DNA of 46,865 nucleotides from positions 1 to 46,865 of the forward strand of contig CAOKKL010000001.1 in NCBI GenBank assembly GCA_948469065.1, given 5' to 3'. Below, piece after piece: positions 21,587 through 31,962 of this stretch. The position numbers and the translations under genes are program-made. Origin of the DNA: an uncultured Mycoplasmatota bacterium (GTDB lineage Bacteria; Bacillota_I; Bacilli_A; RF39; UBA660). Every line of letters starts with the position of its first letter. Positions within the stretch are counted from its first letter, which is position 1. The notes under the pieces are model-generated. The model was not told the DNA's origin. It ran no database searches and saw only the letters and a program-made list of their open reading frames with translations.

Positions 21587-21670
21587 ATTTTCTTGGTCAA
21601 AAAACAAATAATTTCATATAGCGATTTACGAAAGAATAAGATACATGATATAATACTCGTTGGTGGAAGT

Positions 21671-24211
21671 ATGAAACGAAATGAAGTAAATTATAATGAT
21701 TTAAGTCCAATGATGAAACAATATATCGATATTAAAAAGGATTATCCAAATGAATTATTGTTTTATCGTGTTGGAGATTTTTATGAACTATTTTTTGAAG
21801 ATGGAGAAATTGCTAGTAGAGAATTAGAATTAACGCTCACCGGCAAAAATGCTGGATTATCAGAACGAGTTCCAATGTGTGGCGTTCCTTTTCATTCTGT
21901 GAATCCTTATATAGAAAAATTGGTAAGCAAAGGATATAAAGTTGCTATCTGTGAACAATTAGAAGACTCTAAGGATAGCAAAAGTATGGTAAAAAGAGGA
22001 GTAATACAAGTTGTAAGTAAAGGGACTGTTATTGAATCAGGATTTTTAAATGAATTTGATAATCATTATATTGCCAGTATTTTAGATTTTTCATATCTTT
22101 ATGTCATTTGTTATGCCGATATTAGTACAGGTTCTTTATCTGTTATGTCCATACCTCATCAAAAAGAAAAATTATTGAGTGAAATCTTAAATTTAGGAAT
22201 TTTAGAAGTGATTTTAAAAGATAATTTCGATGTTGAATTGATTGGGCTTTTAAAAGGAAATTATGGAATTGAAGTATCTATTAGTGAAAATATTTTAGAA
22301 AATCAATATCAAAATCTTTATGAAAACTTAGAAGATGAACATTTAAAAGAAAGTGTCAGACATTTAATTTATTATTTAGTTGTTCGAGAATTAAAAGATT
22401 TATCACATATGAATCCAGCCAAACAAATATTTTTAGATGATTATTTAGAAATGGATGTTCATACTGTCAGAAATTTAGAACTAATAGAGACATTGCGTTT
22501 AAAAGAAAGAACTTACTCTTTATTATGGTTAATTGATAAATGTAAAACGAGTATGGGAAGTAGAAAATTAAAACAATGGCTGATGAATCCTTTAAAAGAT
22601 AAAAATTTAATTATGGATCGTTATAATAAAATCGATATATTTCATAACGAATTTATATTAAAAGATAAATTAAGAAATGCTTTATATAAAGTTTATGATA
22701 TTGAAAGAATTTGTGGAAAATTAACTTGTGGAAATTTAAATGCCCGAGATTTTCTTCAATTAAAAAATAGTTTAGGTACACTTCCAGAAATTAAAGAAAT
22801 TTGTGAAGAATTGAAATTTGATTATCCTCTGAATACTCATCCCGAAATATATGATTTATTAGAACGTGCTATTTATGAAAATCCTCCTGTAACCATAAAA
22901 GAAGGCTATTTAATTAAAACGGGATACAATGAAGAATTGGATGAATTAAAAGAAGTAAGAAGTGGTGGTAAAACATTTATTGCTGACTTTGAAGCAAAAT
23001 TAAAAGAAACAACTGGCATTAAAACACTAAAAGTTGGATATAATAAAGTATTCGGTTATTATATCGAAGTATCAAAAGGACAAGTGAGTCAAGTATCGGA
23101 TGAATTACACTGGGAAAGAAGACAAACATTAACCAATTGTGAAAGATACATTAGTCCAGAATTAAAAGAAAAAGAAGCACTCATTTTAAATGCCGAAGAA
23201 AAAATTATTGAATTAGAATATCAATTATTTTTAGAAGTAAAACAATATATCAAAGAAAAATTGTTATCTCTTTTGGATACTGCAGAAATTTTGAGTGAAT
23301 TAGATGCCCTATGTTCTTTGTCTGTATGTGCAGAAGAATATCATTTTGTAAGACCTGAATTAAATGAAGAACATCATATTGAAATCAAAGCAGGAAGACA
23401 TCCTGTTGTTGAAAAAGTTAGCAATCAAGAATATGTAAACAATGATTGTATTATGGATAAAAGCATAAATACTCTTTTAATTACAGGACCAAATATGAGT
23501 GGAAAAAGCACTTATATGAGGCAATTAGCAATTATTATTATACTTGCTCAAATGGGGTCTTTTGTTCCAGCAAGTTATGCAAATTTACCGATTATTGATA
23601 AAATTTTTACAAGAATTGGAGCAAGTGATGATTTAGTCAGTGGAGAATCTACATTTATGGTAGAAATGAAAGAAGCCAAAAATGCGATTTGTAATGCCAC
23701 GATAAACAGTTTAATTTTATTTGATGAATTAGGTAGAGGAACTGCTACGTATGACGGCATGAGTCTTGCCCAAGCCATATTAGAATATATTAGTAAAAAT
23801 ATTCAATGTAAGACTTTATTTTCCACACATTATCATGAATTAACTGGATTAGAAAGAAACTTCTCCAATATTAAAAATATTCATGTAAGTGCAAAAGAAG
23901 AAAATGGAAGCATTACTTTTCTTCATAAAATAAAGTCAGGAGCAGTCGATAAAAGTTATGGAATTCATGTAGCTTCTCTTGCTGGAATGCCAAAGAGTTT
24001 ACTTAATCGTGCCAATGAAATTTTAAATTATTATGAACAAGAAAGTAAAAAGAAAAAACAAACGGATGAAGATACCATTCAACTTGTTATGAATTTTGAA
24101 GAAGAAAAGAAAACCGATGATTTAAGAGAATACTTAAATCAAATAGAACCGCTTCGTGTAACACCTATGGAAGCATTAAATATTCTATATGAATTAAAAC
24201 AAAAAATTTAA
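21671..24211 (+). CDS. mutS: DNA mismatch repair protein MutS
   Basis: The N-terminus TPMMKQY-like (LSPMMKQYIDIKK...FYRVGDFYELF), Walker A GPNMSGKST and DELGRGT are present. I chose the ATG behind GGTGGAAG rather than TTG 21593. Confidence 0.95.
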   Translation: MKRNEVNYNDLSPMMKQYIDIKKDYPNELLFYRVGDFYELFFEDGEIASRELELTLTGKNAGLSERVPMCGVPFHSVNPYIEKLVSKGYKVAICEQLEDSKDSKSMVKRGVIQVVSKGTVIESGFLNEFDNHYIASILDFSYLYVICYADISTGSLSVMSIPHQKEKLLSEILNLGILEVILKDNFDVELIGLLKGNYGIEVSISENILENQYQNLYENLEDEHLKESVRHLIYYLVVRELKDLSHMNPAKQIFLDDYLEMDVHTVRNLELIETLRLKERTYSLLWLIDKCKTSMGSRKLKQWLMNPLKDKNLIMDRYNKIDIFHNEFILKDKLRNALYKVYDIERICGKLTCGNLNARDFLQLKNSLGTLPEIKEICEELKFDYPLNTHPEIYDLLERAIYENPPVTIKEGYLIKTGYNEELDELKEVRSGGKTFIADFEAKLKETTGIKTLKVGYNKVFGYYIEVSKGQVSQVSDELHWERRQTLTNCERYISPELKEKEALILNAEEKIIELEYQLFLEVKQYIKEKLLSLLDTAEILSELDALCSLSVCAEEYHFVRPELNEEHHIEIKAGRHPVVEKVSNQEYVNNDCIMDKSINTLLITGPNMSGKSTYMRQLAIIIILAQMGSFVPASYANLPIIDKIFTRIGASDDLVSGESTFMVEMKEAKNAICNATINSLILFDELGRGTATYDGMSLAQAILEYISKNIQCKTLFSTHYHELTGLERNFSNIKNIHVSAKEENGSITFLHKIKSGAVDKSYGIHVASLAGMPKSLLNRANEILNYYEQESKKKKQTDEDTIQLVMNFEEEKKTDDLREYLNQIEPLRVTPMEALNILYELKQKI

Positions 24212-24229
24212 ATGTAAAGGAGAAAAATT

Positions 24230-24742
24230 ATGGATATGCAAAAAAAGATTCAATTGGTAGAAGATTTATTTTATCTCTTTCAAAAGTATACCGATGTCAA
24301 ACAAAGAAAAGAAATCGTTATTATTTTATTAACTGAATATCATGAAATTCTTAATACTTATTTTTCTGATAAAGTAAACAAAGCCGATTTTAAAAAATTA
24401 GAAGAACAAGTGAAAAAAAATATGATTTTAGAGTCTGTCGTTTGTGGATTTCAGGAAGATGGGGAACCTGTTTATGAATCAAGATATATTTTAGTTAATA
24501 GAAATCAAGCTACCGATGAACAAAAAAAAGAAAAGAAAAAAAGAATCCGATTATTTAATGATACTTTAATTCTTTTAGAAGAAGCGAAAAAAAGAAAAGC
24601 TTCAGATTATAAAAAATTAAAAGAACATTTTCTAACTTCTTTTTTAGAAGAATTAAAACAAGCAAAAAATCGATGGATTATAGAACATCTTGCTATTAAA
24701 AAAGAAATTCATAAAAGAACAAGGAAAAACGATGAAATCTAA
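24230..24742 (+). CDS. Hypothetical charged protein
   Basis: The ORF has RBS AAGGAGAAA. I recognised no motif. Confidence 0.45.
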   Translation: MDMQKKIQLVEDLFYLFQKYTDVKQRKEIVIILLTEYHEILNTYFSDKVNKADFKKLEEQVKKNMILESVVCGFQEDGEPVYESRYILVNRNQATDEQKKEKKKRIRLFNDTLILLEEAKKRKASDYKKLKEHFLTSFLEELKQAKNRWIIEHLAIKKEIHKRTRKNDEI

Positions 24743-24812
24743 AATGAAAACAGAATAACAATCGACTTGTAGGTTGTTTTTCTTTTTGTTATAATGAGTT
24801 AGGTGAAGAAAA

Positions 24813-25208
24813 ATGACATTGTCTCGAAGTGAACTTAGAAAAAAATGTATGATTATTTTGTATCAAATTGATCTTTATGAAACATTAAAAACGCCATATA
24901 AAATAGAGCAAGTAATAAAAGAAAATATCGAAATTGAAAATGAATTTGGAAAAGAAATTGTCTATGGAGTAATTACACATCAAAAAGAAATTGATGAAAT
25001 AGCCAATCAATATGTGAAAGATTGGACAATTGATCGAATTGATAAAACAGGAGCTGCGATTCTTAGAATGGGAATTTATGAATTAAAATATACTGATACT
25101 CCTCCGGTTGTAGTAATTAATGAAGCCATTGAATTAGCTAAAAAATATAGTGATGAACCAGTAAGAAAAATGATCAATGCCGTATTAGACAAAATGATAA
25201 AAGAATAA
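24813..25208 (+). CDS. nusB: Transcription antitermination factor NusB
   Basis: [15 protein letters not shown]..., R(I)[15 protein letters not shown] and [11 protein letters not shown] are present. Confidence 0.9.
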   Translation: MTLSRSELRKKCMIILYQIDLYETLKTPYKIEQVIKENIEIENEFGKEIVYGVITHQKEIDEIANQYVKDWTIDRIDKTGAAILRMGIYELKYTDTPPVVVINEAIELAKKYSDEPVRKMINAVLDKMIKE

Positions 25209-25217
25209 GAGGAAAGC

Positions 25218-26561
25218 ATGGAAAAAAATTATATTAAAGTTAGTGCATTAAATCAATATATTAAACTATTGATGGATGATAATTCCTTTCTTCATAAAAT
25301 ATATTTAAAAGGAGAAATATCGAATTTTAAAAATCATATGAGTGGACATTTATATTTTACTTTAAAAGATGAAGAATCTAGAGTCAGCGCTGTTATGTTT
25401 AAAAGTAATACTTATGAATTAAAGTTTACTCCAGAAGATGGAAAAAAAGTATTAGTAGAAGGAAGAGTATCTTGTTATCCAGCTCAAGGAACTTATCAAA
25501 TATATGTAGAAAAAATGGAAGAAGATGGATTAGGAAATCTTTATATTCTTTATGAAAAATTAAAAAGAAAATTGGAATTAGAGGGACTTTTTGATGTTCA
25601 ACAAAAAAAAGCAATTCCCAAATATCCTAGTAGAATTGGGATTATTACGGCACCTACTGGAGCTGCAATTCGAGACATTTTGAGTACCATTAAAAGAAGA
25701 TATCCAATTTGTGAGACAATTTTATTTCCATCCTTGGTTCAAGGAAAAGCTGCAGCACCAGATATTGTAAAACAAATTAATAGAGCTCAAAATTATCCAA
25801 TTGATATCTTAATTGTTGGACGTGGAGGGGGTTCCATTGAAGATTTATGGGCATTTAATGAAGAAAGTGTAGCGAGGGCTATTTTTGAGTCTAAAATTCC
25901 TATTATAAGTGCAGTTGGACATGAAATTGATTATACTATTTCTGATTATGTTGCGGACTTTCGAGCACCCACTCCAACGGGAGCAGCAGAATTATCGGTC
26001 CCCACTATACTAGAAGTTCGAAATTTAATCGATCAAAGTGCCATTCGAATCAAAAATTCGTTAAAGAAAAAGATTGAATTAGAAGAACATAACTTAAAAA
26101 AATTACAAGAATCTTATTTATTAAAAAATCCAACTATGATTTATGAAACAAAAATGCAAAAATTAGATTTTATCAATGAAGAATTACAACATTGGTTTGA
26201 AAAATATTTAGAAAATAAAAAGAACAAAATCATACAATTAGAAACTTTATATGTATTAAAAAATCCTTTGTTTATTTTTCAAAATAAACAAGAAAAAATA
26301 AACTATTATCAAAATGAATGCAATCATTTGATTCATAGAATTTTAGAAAAATATCAACATCAATTTGAATTTACTATTAATACTTTAAAATTAGTTAATC
26401 CATTAAATATTTTAGATAAAGGTTATTCTTTTGTTAAAAAAGATAATCAAATTATTAAAAATAGTAATGATTTAAAAGAAAATGATATTATTTTTATTCA
26501 AATGAGAGAAGGAAATGTAGAAGCTACTGTTAAGGAGGTAAATTATGGAAAAAACATTTGA
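25218..26561 (+). CDS. xseA: Exodeoxyribonuclease VII large subunit
   Basis: An OB fold (VSALNQYIKLLMD...GEISNFK.H.SGHLYFTLKD) is followed by GRGGGSIEDLWAFNEE. Confidence 0.93.
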   Translation: MEKNYIKVSALNQYIKLLMDDNSFLHKIYLKGEISNFKNHMSGHLYFTLKDEESRVSAVMFKSNTYELKFTPEDGKKVLVEGRVSCYPAQGTYQIYVEKMEEDGLGNLYILYEKLKRKLELEGLFDVQQKKAIPKYPSRIGIITAPTGAAIRDILSTIKRRYPICETILFPSLVQGKAAAPDIVKQINRAQNYPIDILIVGRGGGSIEDLWAFNEESVARAIFESKIPIISAVGHEIDYTISDYVADFRAPTPTGAAELSVPTILEVRNLIDQSAIRIKNSLKKKIELEEHNLKKLQESYLLKNPTMIYETKMQKLDFINEELQHWFEKYLENKKNKIIQLETLYVLKNPLFIFQNKQEKINYYQNECNHLIHRILEKYQHQFEFTINTLKLVNPLNILDKGYSFVKKDNQIIKNSNDLKENDIIFIQMREGNVEATVKEVNYGKNI

Positions 26562-26778
26562 AACAGCTTTAAAAGAATTAGAGCAAATAGTAAAAGAATT
26601 AGAAAGTGGCAATATTGAATTAGAAAAAGCAATTGAAAAATACACGGAAGCGATGAAATTAGTGAAAATTTGTAATGAAAAATTAAATCATGCTACAGAT
26701 TCTGTTAATAAAATATTACAAGAAAATGGAGAATTAAAAGATTTTGAAATTCAAGAAGAAGAAAAATGCGAAAATTAA
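26545..26778 (+). CDS. xseB: Exodeoxyribonuclease VII small subunit
   Basis: FETALKELEQIVKELESGNIELEKAIEKY is present, and the gene overlaps xseA. Confidence 0.88.
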   Translation: MEKTFETALKELEQIVKELESGNIELEKAIEKYTEAMKLVKICNEKLNHATDSVNKILQENGELKDFEIQEEEKCEN

Positions 26779-26865
26779 AAATATAATGACAAGTATTGGG
26801 ATTATCCAACTATTGTCATTTTTTTTTACGCTACTTTATCCATACTAGAAATGTGAGGTGAGAAA

Positions 26866-27846
26866 GTGAAAAAGAAATTATTACTATTTTTATTGAATCT
26901 TTGTATTTTCTTATCACCTGTTATGGTTTGGGCTTATTCGGATCAAATTATAGTAGGTGGAGATAATATAGGAATTCATATTGATTCAAAAGGTATCATT
27001 GTCATTGGTTTTTATAAAGTAGATGGTGAATATCAAAAAGGTAATCCAGAAATTAGAGTTGGAGATTTTATTACCAAAGTAAACAAAAAAGAAGTTTCTT
27101 CCATTGAAGAATTAACAAATGCTATTGATAAGTATTTAGATGAAAATAAAATTATATTAACAATAAAAAGAGAAGAGAAAACATTTGAAACAGAATTAAC
27201 TTTAAAAAATATTGATGGAATATATAAAACTGGACTCTATGTAAAAGATGGAATAAGTGGAATTGGAACATTAACCTATATTGACCCTGGTACTAAAATA
27301 TTTGGAACATTAGGTCATGAAATCTTAGAAAGTTCTTCTAATAAGAGAATTGAAGTAAAAACTGGTACTATATTTGATAGTGAAGTATCCAAAATTATTA
27401 AAAGTTCAGACGGTACGGTAGGAGAAAAGAATGCCAATTTAAACTTTAATCACATTTATGGAAAAATAAAGAAAAATACTTTATATGGTGTGTTTGGAGA
27501 TTATACAGCAGATATTCCAAATGGAAAAATATTTCAAGTTGGTAAGCCAGAAGAAATTACAACAGGACCAGCTACTATTTATACGGTTTTAACAGATAAT
27601 AAAATTGGTGAATACAACATAGAAATTACGAATATTAATAATTCAGCGAATATTAAAAACATTACGTTTGAAATAACGGATGAGCGTTTATTAAATGAAA
27701 CAGGAGGCGTTATTCAAGGTATGAGTGGAAGTCCTATCATTCAAAATGGTAAAATAGTAGGAGCAGTAACTCATGCGATTGTCGATAATGTAAAAAATGG
27801 TTATGGAATCTTTATCACAACCATGTTAAAAGAAGGCGAAAGTTAA
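26866..27846 (+). CDS. spoIVB: SpoIVB-like S55 signalling serine peptidase
   Basis: It has a signal/TM segment, a PDZ-like region (GDFITKVNKKEV) and the catalytic segment GGVIQGMSGSPIIQNGKIVGAVTHAIV. The start codon is GTG. Confidence 0.8.
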   Translation: MKKKLLLFLLNLCIFLSPVMVWAYSDQIIVGGDNIGIHIDSKGIIVIGFYKVDGEYQKGNPEIRVGDFITKVNKKEVSSIEELTNAIDKYLDENKIILTIKREEKTFETELTLKNIDGIYKTGLYVKDGISGIGTLTYIDPGTKIFGTLGHEILESSSNKRIEVKTGTIFDSEVSKIIKSSDGTVGEKNANLNFNHIYGKIKKNTLYGVFGDYTADIPNGKIFQVGKPEEITTGPATIYTVLTDNKIGEYNIEITNINNSANIKNITFEITDERLLNETGGVIQGMSGSPIIQNGKIVGAVTHAIVDNVKNGYGIFITTMLKEGES

Positions 27847-27945
27847 GCCTTTTTTTTGTTAATTTTTTGTCTAGCTTTTTCTAATGAAATAAATTTGTTT
27901 GACAATTTGAAAAAACATTTTTAAGATTAAAATAGAGGTGAAAGC

Positions 27946-29112
27946 ATGTATTGTGAAAACTGTGGTAAAAAAATAGATGACGATGCAATTTTTTGTGAAC
28001 ATTGTGGAACAAGATTAAAAGAATCAAAGAATAAATTAGAAAAGCAACTTCCCAAAGAATTATCTCGTGAAAATAAAACTATTATCGTGATAATCATTAT
28101 CATTGGTTTTGTATTTTTATTTTTCTTAGAACTAAAATTTTTTAATTCACCAGATAATGCTATTCATAATTATTTGAAAAATTGGGAAAATAAAAACTAT
28201 GATAATATTTTGGAAAGCTTAAATATAAGTGACTCAAAATTTACCAGTACAGATGTTTTTTCGAAAGTATATCCAGATTTAAATGAGTTTAATATTATAG
28301 ACTTCAAAGTATCTGGATGTGAAGTACAAAAAAATAAGAATAAAGCAATTTGTCATATTACTTATACAACAGATAAAAAAGGAATTTCTTATGAAAAAGA
28401 TTATATATTAGAAAAAAAAGAGAAGAATCGATTATTTTTATTTACAAATTGGGAAGTGATTCAATCTGACTTTAAAGTTACAAATGATTTTCTTTTATAT
28501 ACTCCGACTGGGTCTCAAATCTATCTTATGAATCAGAACTTAGAAGAATATCAAATCAAAGAAGAAATGAAAAAAGGCTATGATTGTTACAAAATTCCTA
28601 GCATTTTTCAAGGAATTTATCCTTTAAAAGTAGTCTTAGAAAATGGTATGTCGTTGGAAAAAAATATTAGTATTACAAATAAAGATTATACTTACAAGTT
28701 TAATTTAAAAGACGCTTCTCAAGAATTGATAAATGAATTAGAAAATTTAGGAAAAGAAGTAGTGGAAACGATTTATCAGGGAATTATGAAAAAAGAAAAT
28801 TTTGAATCTTTAAAAAGCAATTATAAAATAGAAGAAATAAAAAATACTTACGAATTGTTAAAAAAAGATTTGGAAGAATCAGGATTGACAAAATTTGAAA
28901 TCAATGAAATAAAAATTACGAATATGGAAATGACGGAAGATAATAACCTTTCTTTATCTTTTCGTATGAACTATCGTTATGATTTAAAAGATGGAGAAAA
29001 ATTACATTCAGGAGAAAGTAATGATTCCTTTTACATTACATTAAAAAATTTAGAAACAAAAGAAATATTAAAGTTAGAAAGTCTAGTAACTTATTTTTCA
29101 AAAAAATATTAG
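27946..29112 (+). CDS. Zinc-ribbon / single-TM protein with an extracellular domain
   Basis: The N-terminus is CENCG...CEHCG, followed by one TM helix (TIIVIIIIIGFVFLFF). Confidence 0.6.
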   Translation: MYCENCGKKIDDDAIFCEHCGTRLKESKNKLEKQLPKELSRENKTIIVIIIIIGFVFLFFLELKFFNSPDNAIHNYLKNWENKNYDNILESLNISDSKFTSTDVFSKVYPDLNEFNIIDFKVSGCEVQKNKNKAICHITYTTDKKGISYEKDYILEKKEKNRLFLFTNWEVIQSDFKVTNDFLLYTPTGSQIYLMNQNLEEYQIKEEMKKGYDCYKIPSIFQGIYPLKVVLENGMSLEKNISITNKDYTYKFNLKDASQELINELENLGKEVVETIYQGIMKKENFESLKSNYKIEEIKNTYELLKKDLEESGLTKFEINEIKITNMEMTEDNNLSLSFRMNYRYDLKDGEKLHSGESNDSFYITLKNLETKEILKLESLVTYFSKKY

Positions 29113-29122
29113 AGGTGAAAAA

Positions 29123-29869
29123 ATGGCAAAATTTTGTAAATATTGTGGAAAAGAATTAAATCCAAAAGAGGAATGTGATTGTGTAAAAAAGCAAGTTGAA
29201 AAAAAAGAATTTGAAAAAGCGAAAGAAACGATTAAATTAGAAGTAACCAATACTTCGAAAAAATATGTCCAAAAAACAATTGATCTTTGTAAAAATATGC
29301 TTGTAAATCCAAAAGAAACCGTAAAAATTTTTTTAAAGGAAGAAGATTTTAATTTCACTATCATCATTCTTTCTCTTACAAGTATTATTTTAGCATTCTG
29401 TGCAATTTCTTTTATCAAAGGTATCTATGCTTTGACCACTGAAACTTTAAATATGAAAAATATTTATACGGGAATGAATTATATTTGGCATTTTAGTTAT
29501 TTTAAAATATTGTGTTGTATTATCTTAGGAATCATTTTTAGTTATATTATTTTAGCCGTTGTTTTTCAATTAGGTTTTGAAAGGATTTGTAAAAATCAAG
29601 TAGGTTTTAAAAAAACATTATCTATTCTTTCGATTAGTATGATTGAACCAACTTTCATTGGCATTATAAGTGTATTTTTCTCTATATTTTCCTATAAATT
29701 ATCTATTTTATTAATACTTTATGGTTTACTTTTATTAATACTAAATCTTTATCAAAATTATAAAATTGGTGGAGAAATCGATACCATTACATACAATCGT
29801 TTATTTGCTATATTAATTATTATTTTTTCATTTTTAGCAATTTATTTAATCCCAAATTTATTTTTATAA
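29123..29869 (+). CDS. Zinc-ribbon polytopic membrane protein
   Basis: The N-terminus is CKYCG...CDC, followed by about 5 TM helices. Confidence 0.6.
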   Translation: MAKFCKYCGKELNPKEECDCVKKQVEKKEFEKAKETIKLEVTNTSKKYVQKTIDLCKNMLVNPKETVKIFLKEEDFNFTIIILSLTSIILAFCAISFIKGIYALTTETLNMKNIYTGMNYIWHFSYFKILCCIILGIIFSYIILAVVFQLGFERICKNQVGFKKTLSILSISMIEPTFIGIISVFFSIFSYKLSILLILYGLLLLILNLYQNYKIGGEIDTITYNRLFAILIIIFSFLAIYLIPNLFL

Positions 29870-29957
29870 GGACTTTTCTAAGTCTTTTTTAATTCATAAA
29901 AAAAGACTGTATAGGTTACAGGCTTAAAGGCTAAAATTACCAAAATTAAAGCATATA

Positions 29958-30053
29958 TTAAGCAATTGCATAGCTAACAATGGTAGCAATCACGCTTCCT
30001 AACATAATTAAAACCATTATCCATGTTGCAATCTTTCTTGCTTTTTTACTCAT
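29958..30053 (-). CDS. Unannotated 31-aa membrane mini-protein (DUF4044-like)
   Basis: Reading the minus strand gives RBS AGAGGTGA, 6 nt, then ATG. The product is MSKKARKIATWIMVLIMLGSVIATIVSYAIA*. It is the only minus-strand gene I called in the 32.7-kb plus-strand block left of dif. Confidence 0.4.
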   Translation of the reverse strand: MSKKARKIATWIMVLIMLGSVIATIVSYAIA

Positions 30054-30130
30054 TTTGTTCACCTCTTATTTGACAAAAATAATTTATCATAAATAAATTA
30101 CTTTGTAAATATAATTCACTAGGTGAGAAA

Positions 30131-30709
30131 ATGAAAAAAATATGGACAAGCTTATTAAAACATAAAAATCTGTGGATCTTTTTATTAATTATCTTAGCAT
30201 TTGGATTTGCTGTGGGAATTTACTTTGGAATTTTATCTCGCAATTCTTTTCAAAATACTATTTCAAATTATGCATTAAGCCTTACTAGTAATGCCACTCA
30301 TTTTAGTATTTCTCATTTTGCTGTTTTTTCCATTTTACTAATTTCATCCTTTTTTTTAATTGGAATTCCTCTTGCTATTGGGTATTTATTCTATGAAGGG
30401 ATTTGTTTTGGATTTTGTCTTGCTTTATTTATCATAAATTATCAATGGAATGGCTTTTTATACATGTTAATTTTCTTTTTATTGACAAGATTATTTTTTC
30501 TTTTAATATTTGGTCTTTTTCTTTCGAAAATTATAAGAATAGGAAAAAGTATTATTAAATGGGTCCTTTATAAAAAAAATCAAAAAGATTATATTTTCCA
30601 TATCACTTTAAATTGCATTTTATTAATCTTAATTTTATTATGTTATGATTTATTTTTTGACTTAATTGGAATTCAATTAGTTCGATATTTTGGATTTTTA
30701 TTAAACTAG
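30131..30709 (+). CDS. Polytopic membrane protein, SpoIIM-like (DUF95)
   Basis: The protein is 192 aa with about 5 TM helices. Its size and topology match stage II sporulation protein M. This assignment is from recollection only. Confidence 0.4.
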   Translation: MKKIWTSLLKHKNLWIFLLIILAFGFAVGIYFGILSRNSFQNTISNYALSLTSNATHFSISHFAVFSILLISSFFLIGIPLAIGYLFYEGICFGFCLALFIINYQWNGFLYMLIFFLLTRLFFLLIFGLFLSKIIRIGKSIIKWVLYKKNQKDYIFHITLNCILLILILLCYDLFFDLIGIQLVRYFGFLLN

Positions 30710-30755
30710 ATTCGTGCGATTGTTTTTGATATAATACCTTTAGGAAGTGACTTCT

Positions 30756-31865
30756 ATGGAAAAAGTAATTGTGGGAATTTCTGGTGGGGTAGATAGTGCT
30801 GTATCAGCTTATTTATTAAAAAAAGAAGGCTATGAGGTAGAAGGCCTTTTTATGCGTAATTGGGATGCTACTTTAAATAATGATATTTCTGGCAATCCAA
30901 CATTGAATCATGATATTTGTCCCCAAGAACAAGATTATAATGACGCTTTGGAATTATGTAAAATGTTAAAGATACCTCTTCATCGCGTCGATTTTATTAA
31001 AGAATATTGGGATTATGTCTTTACCTATTTTTTAAATGAGCTAAAAAAGGGGAGAACACCAAATCCTGATTTGTTATGTAATAAGTATATTAAATTTGAT
31101 TTATTTAAAAAAGAAGCTAAAAAATTAGGTGCAGAAAAGATTGCAACGGGACATTATGCAAGAATTGAAAATACAAAATTATTAAAAGGTATCGATTCTA
31201 ATAAAGATCAAACTTATTTTTTAGCCCAATTATCTAAAGAACAATTAGAAGATGTACTTTTTCCAATTGGAGATTTAACGAAACCAGAAGTACGAAAAAT
31301 TGCAGAAGAACAAAATTTAAACGTTGCTAAGAAAAAAGATTCTACAGGAATCTGTTTTATTGGAGAAAGACATTATCAAGATTTTATTCAAAATTATTTA
31401 AAACCGAATCCTGGAGATATTATTAATGTGGAAACGAATGAAATCATAGGAACTCATAATGGACTTATGAATTATACAATAGGTCAAAGAAAAAATGTAG
31501 GACTTTCAGGAGATGAAAAAAGACATTATGTTTGTGGTAAAAATGTCGAAAAGAATATTTTATACGTTGCGTTTGGAAGTCATAATGAATATCTTATTAG
31601 TACCGAATGTATCTTAGAATCTGTTAACTTAATTAGTACTGTAAAGCCTACTTTTTGTACCGCAAAATTTCGTTATCGAGGAAATGATTATCCAGTTCAA
31701 TTAGAGTATTTAGATAATGGTGAAATGAAAGTACTTTACCCAGAAGGGGTAAAAGCGGTAACTCCTGGTCAGTTTTGTGTTCTTTATTTAAAAGAGGAAT
31801 GTATTGGTAGTGGAATTATTAAAAATGTGGGAAAAAATGGCAAAAATTTATGGTATTTATCTTAA
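30756..31865 (+). CDS. mnmA: tRNA-specific 2-thiouridylase MnmA
   Basis: The PP-loop GISGGVDSAV, NPD..CN and KDQTYFL are present. Confidence 0.93.
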   Translation: MEKVIVGISGGVDSAVSAYLLKKEGYEVEGLFMRNWDATLNNDISGNPTLNHDICPQEQDYNDALELCKMLKIPLHRVDFIKEYWDYVFTYFLNELKKGRTPNPDLLCNKYIKFDLFKKEAKKLGAEKIATGHYARIENTKLLKGIDSNKDQTYFLAQLSKEQLEDVLFPIGDLTKPEVRKIAEEQNLNVAKKKDSTGICFIGERHYQDFIQNYLKPNPGDIINVETNEIIGTHNGLMNYTIGQRKNVGLSGDEKRHYVCGKNVEKNILYVAFGSHNEYLISTECILESVNLISTVKPTFCTAKFRYRGNDYPVQLEYLDNGEMKVLYPEGVKAVTPGQFCVLYLKEECIGSGIIKNVGKNGKNLWYLS

Positions 31866-31901
31866 AAATTCATTTTTTTTAACATTTACATCTCTTTACA
31901 C

Positions 31902-31929
31902 TTGACAAAAAAGTGTTAAATGCTATAAT
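31902..31929 (+). promoter_or_regulatory. SigA-type promoter with an extended -10
   Basis: TTGACA, a 16-nt spacer ending in TGC, then TATAAT (TGcTATAAT). Confidence 0.5.
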
Positions 31930-31962
31930 TATCATGTAAATAATAAGAGGGTAGGTAAAAAA

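Noticed and set aside
21593-21670. Long upstream extensions offered by the ORF track: mutS TTG 21593, mtaB TTG 16322, rarA 42709, xerD-like 42774, mnmA GTG 30747 and ORF 20349.
   Set aside because: In each case an internal ATG directly follows a good Shine-Dalgarno and matches the conserved N-terminus of the family. The extensions overlap neighbouring genes or promoters.
24212-24742. Absence of mutL after mutS as a sign of rearrangement.
   Set aside because: mutS and mutL are not always adjacent, and mutL may be elsewhere. Nothing in the sequence, such as a remnant or repeat, indicates a deletion.
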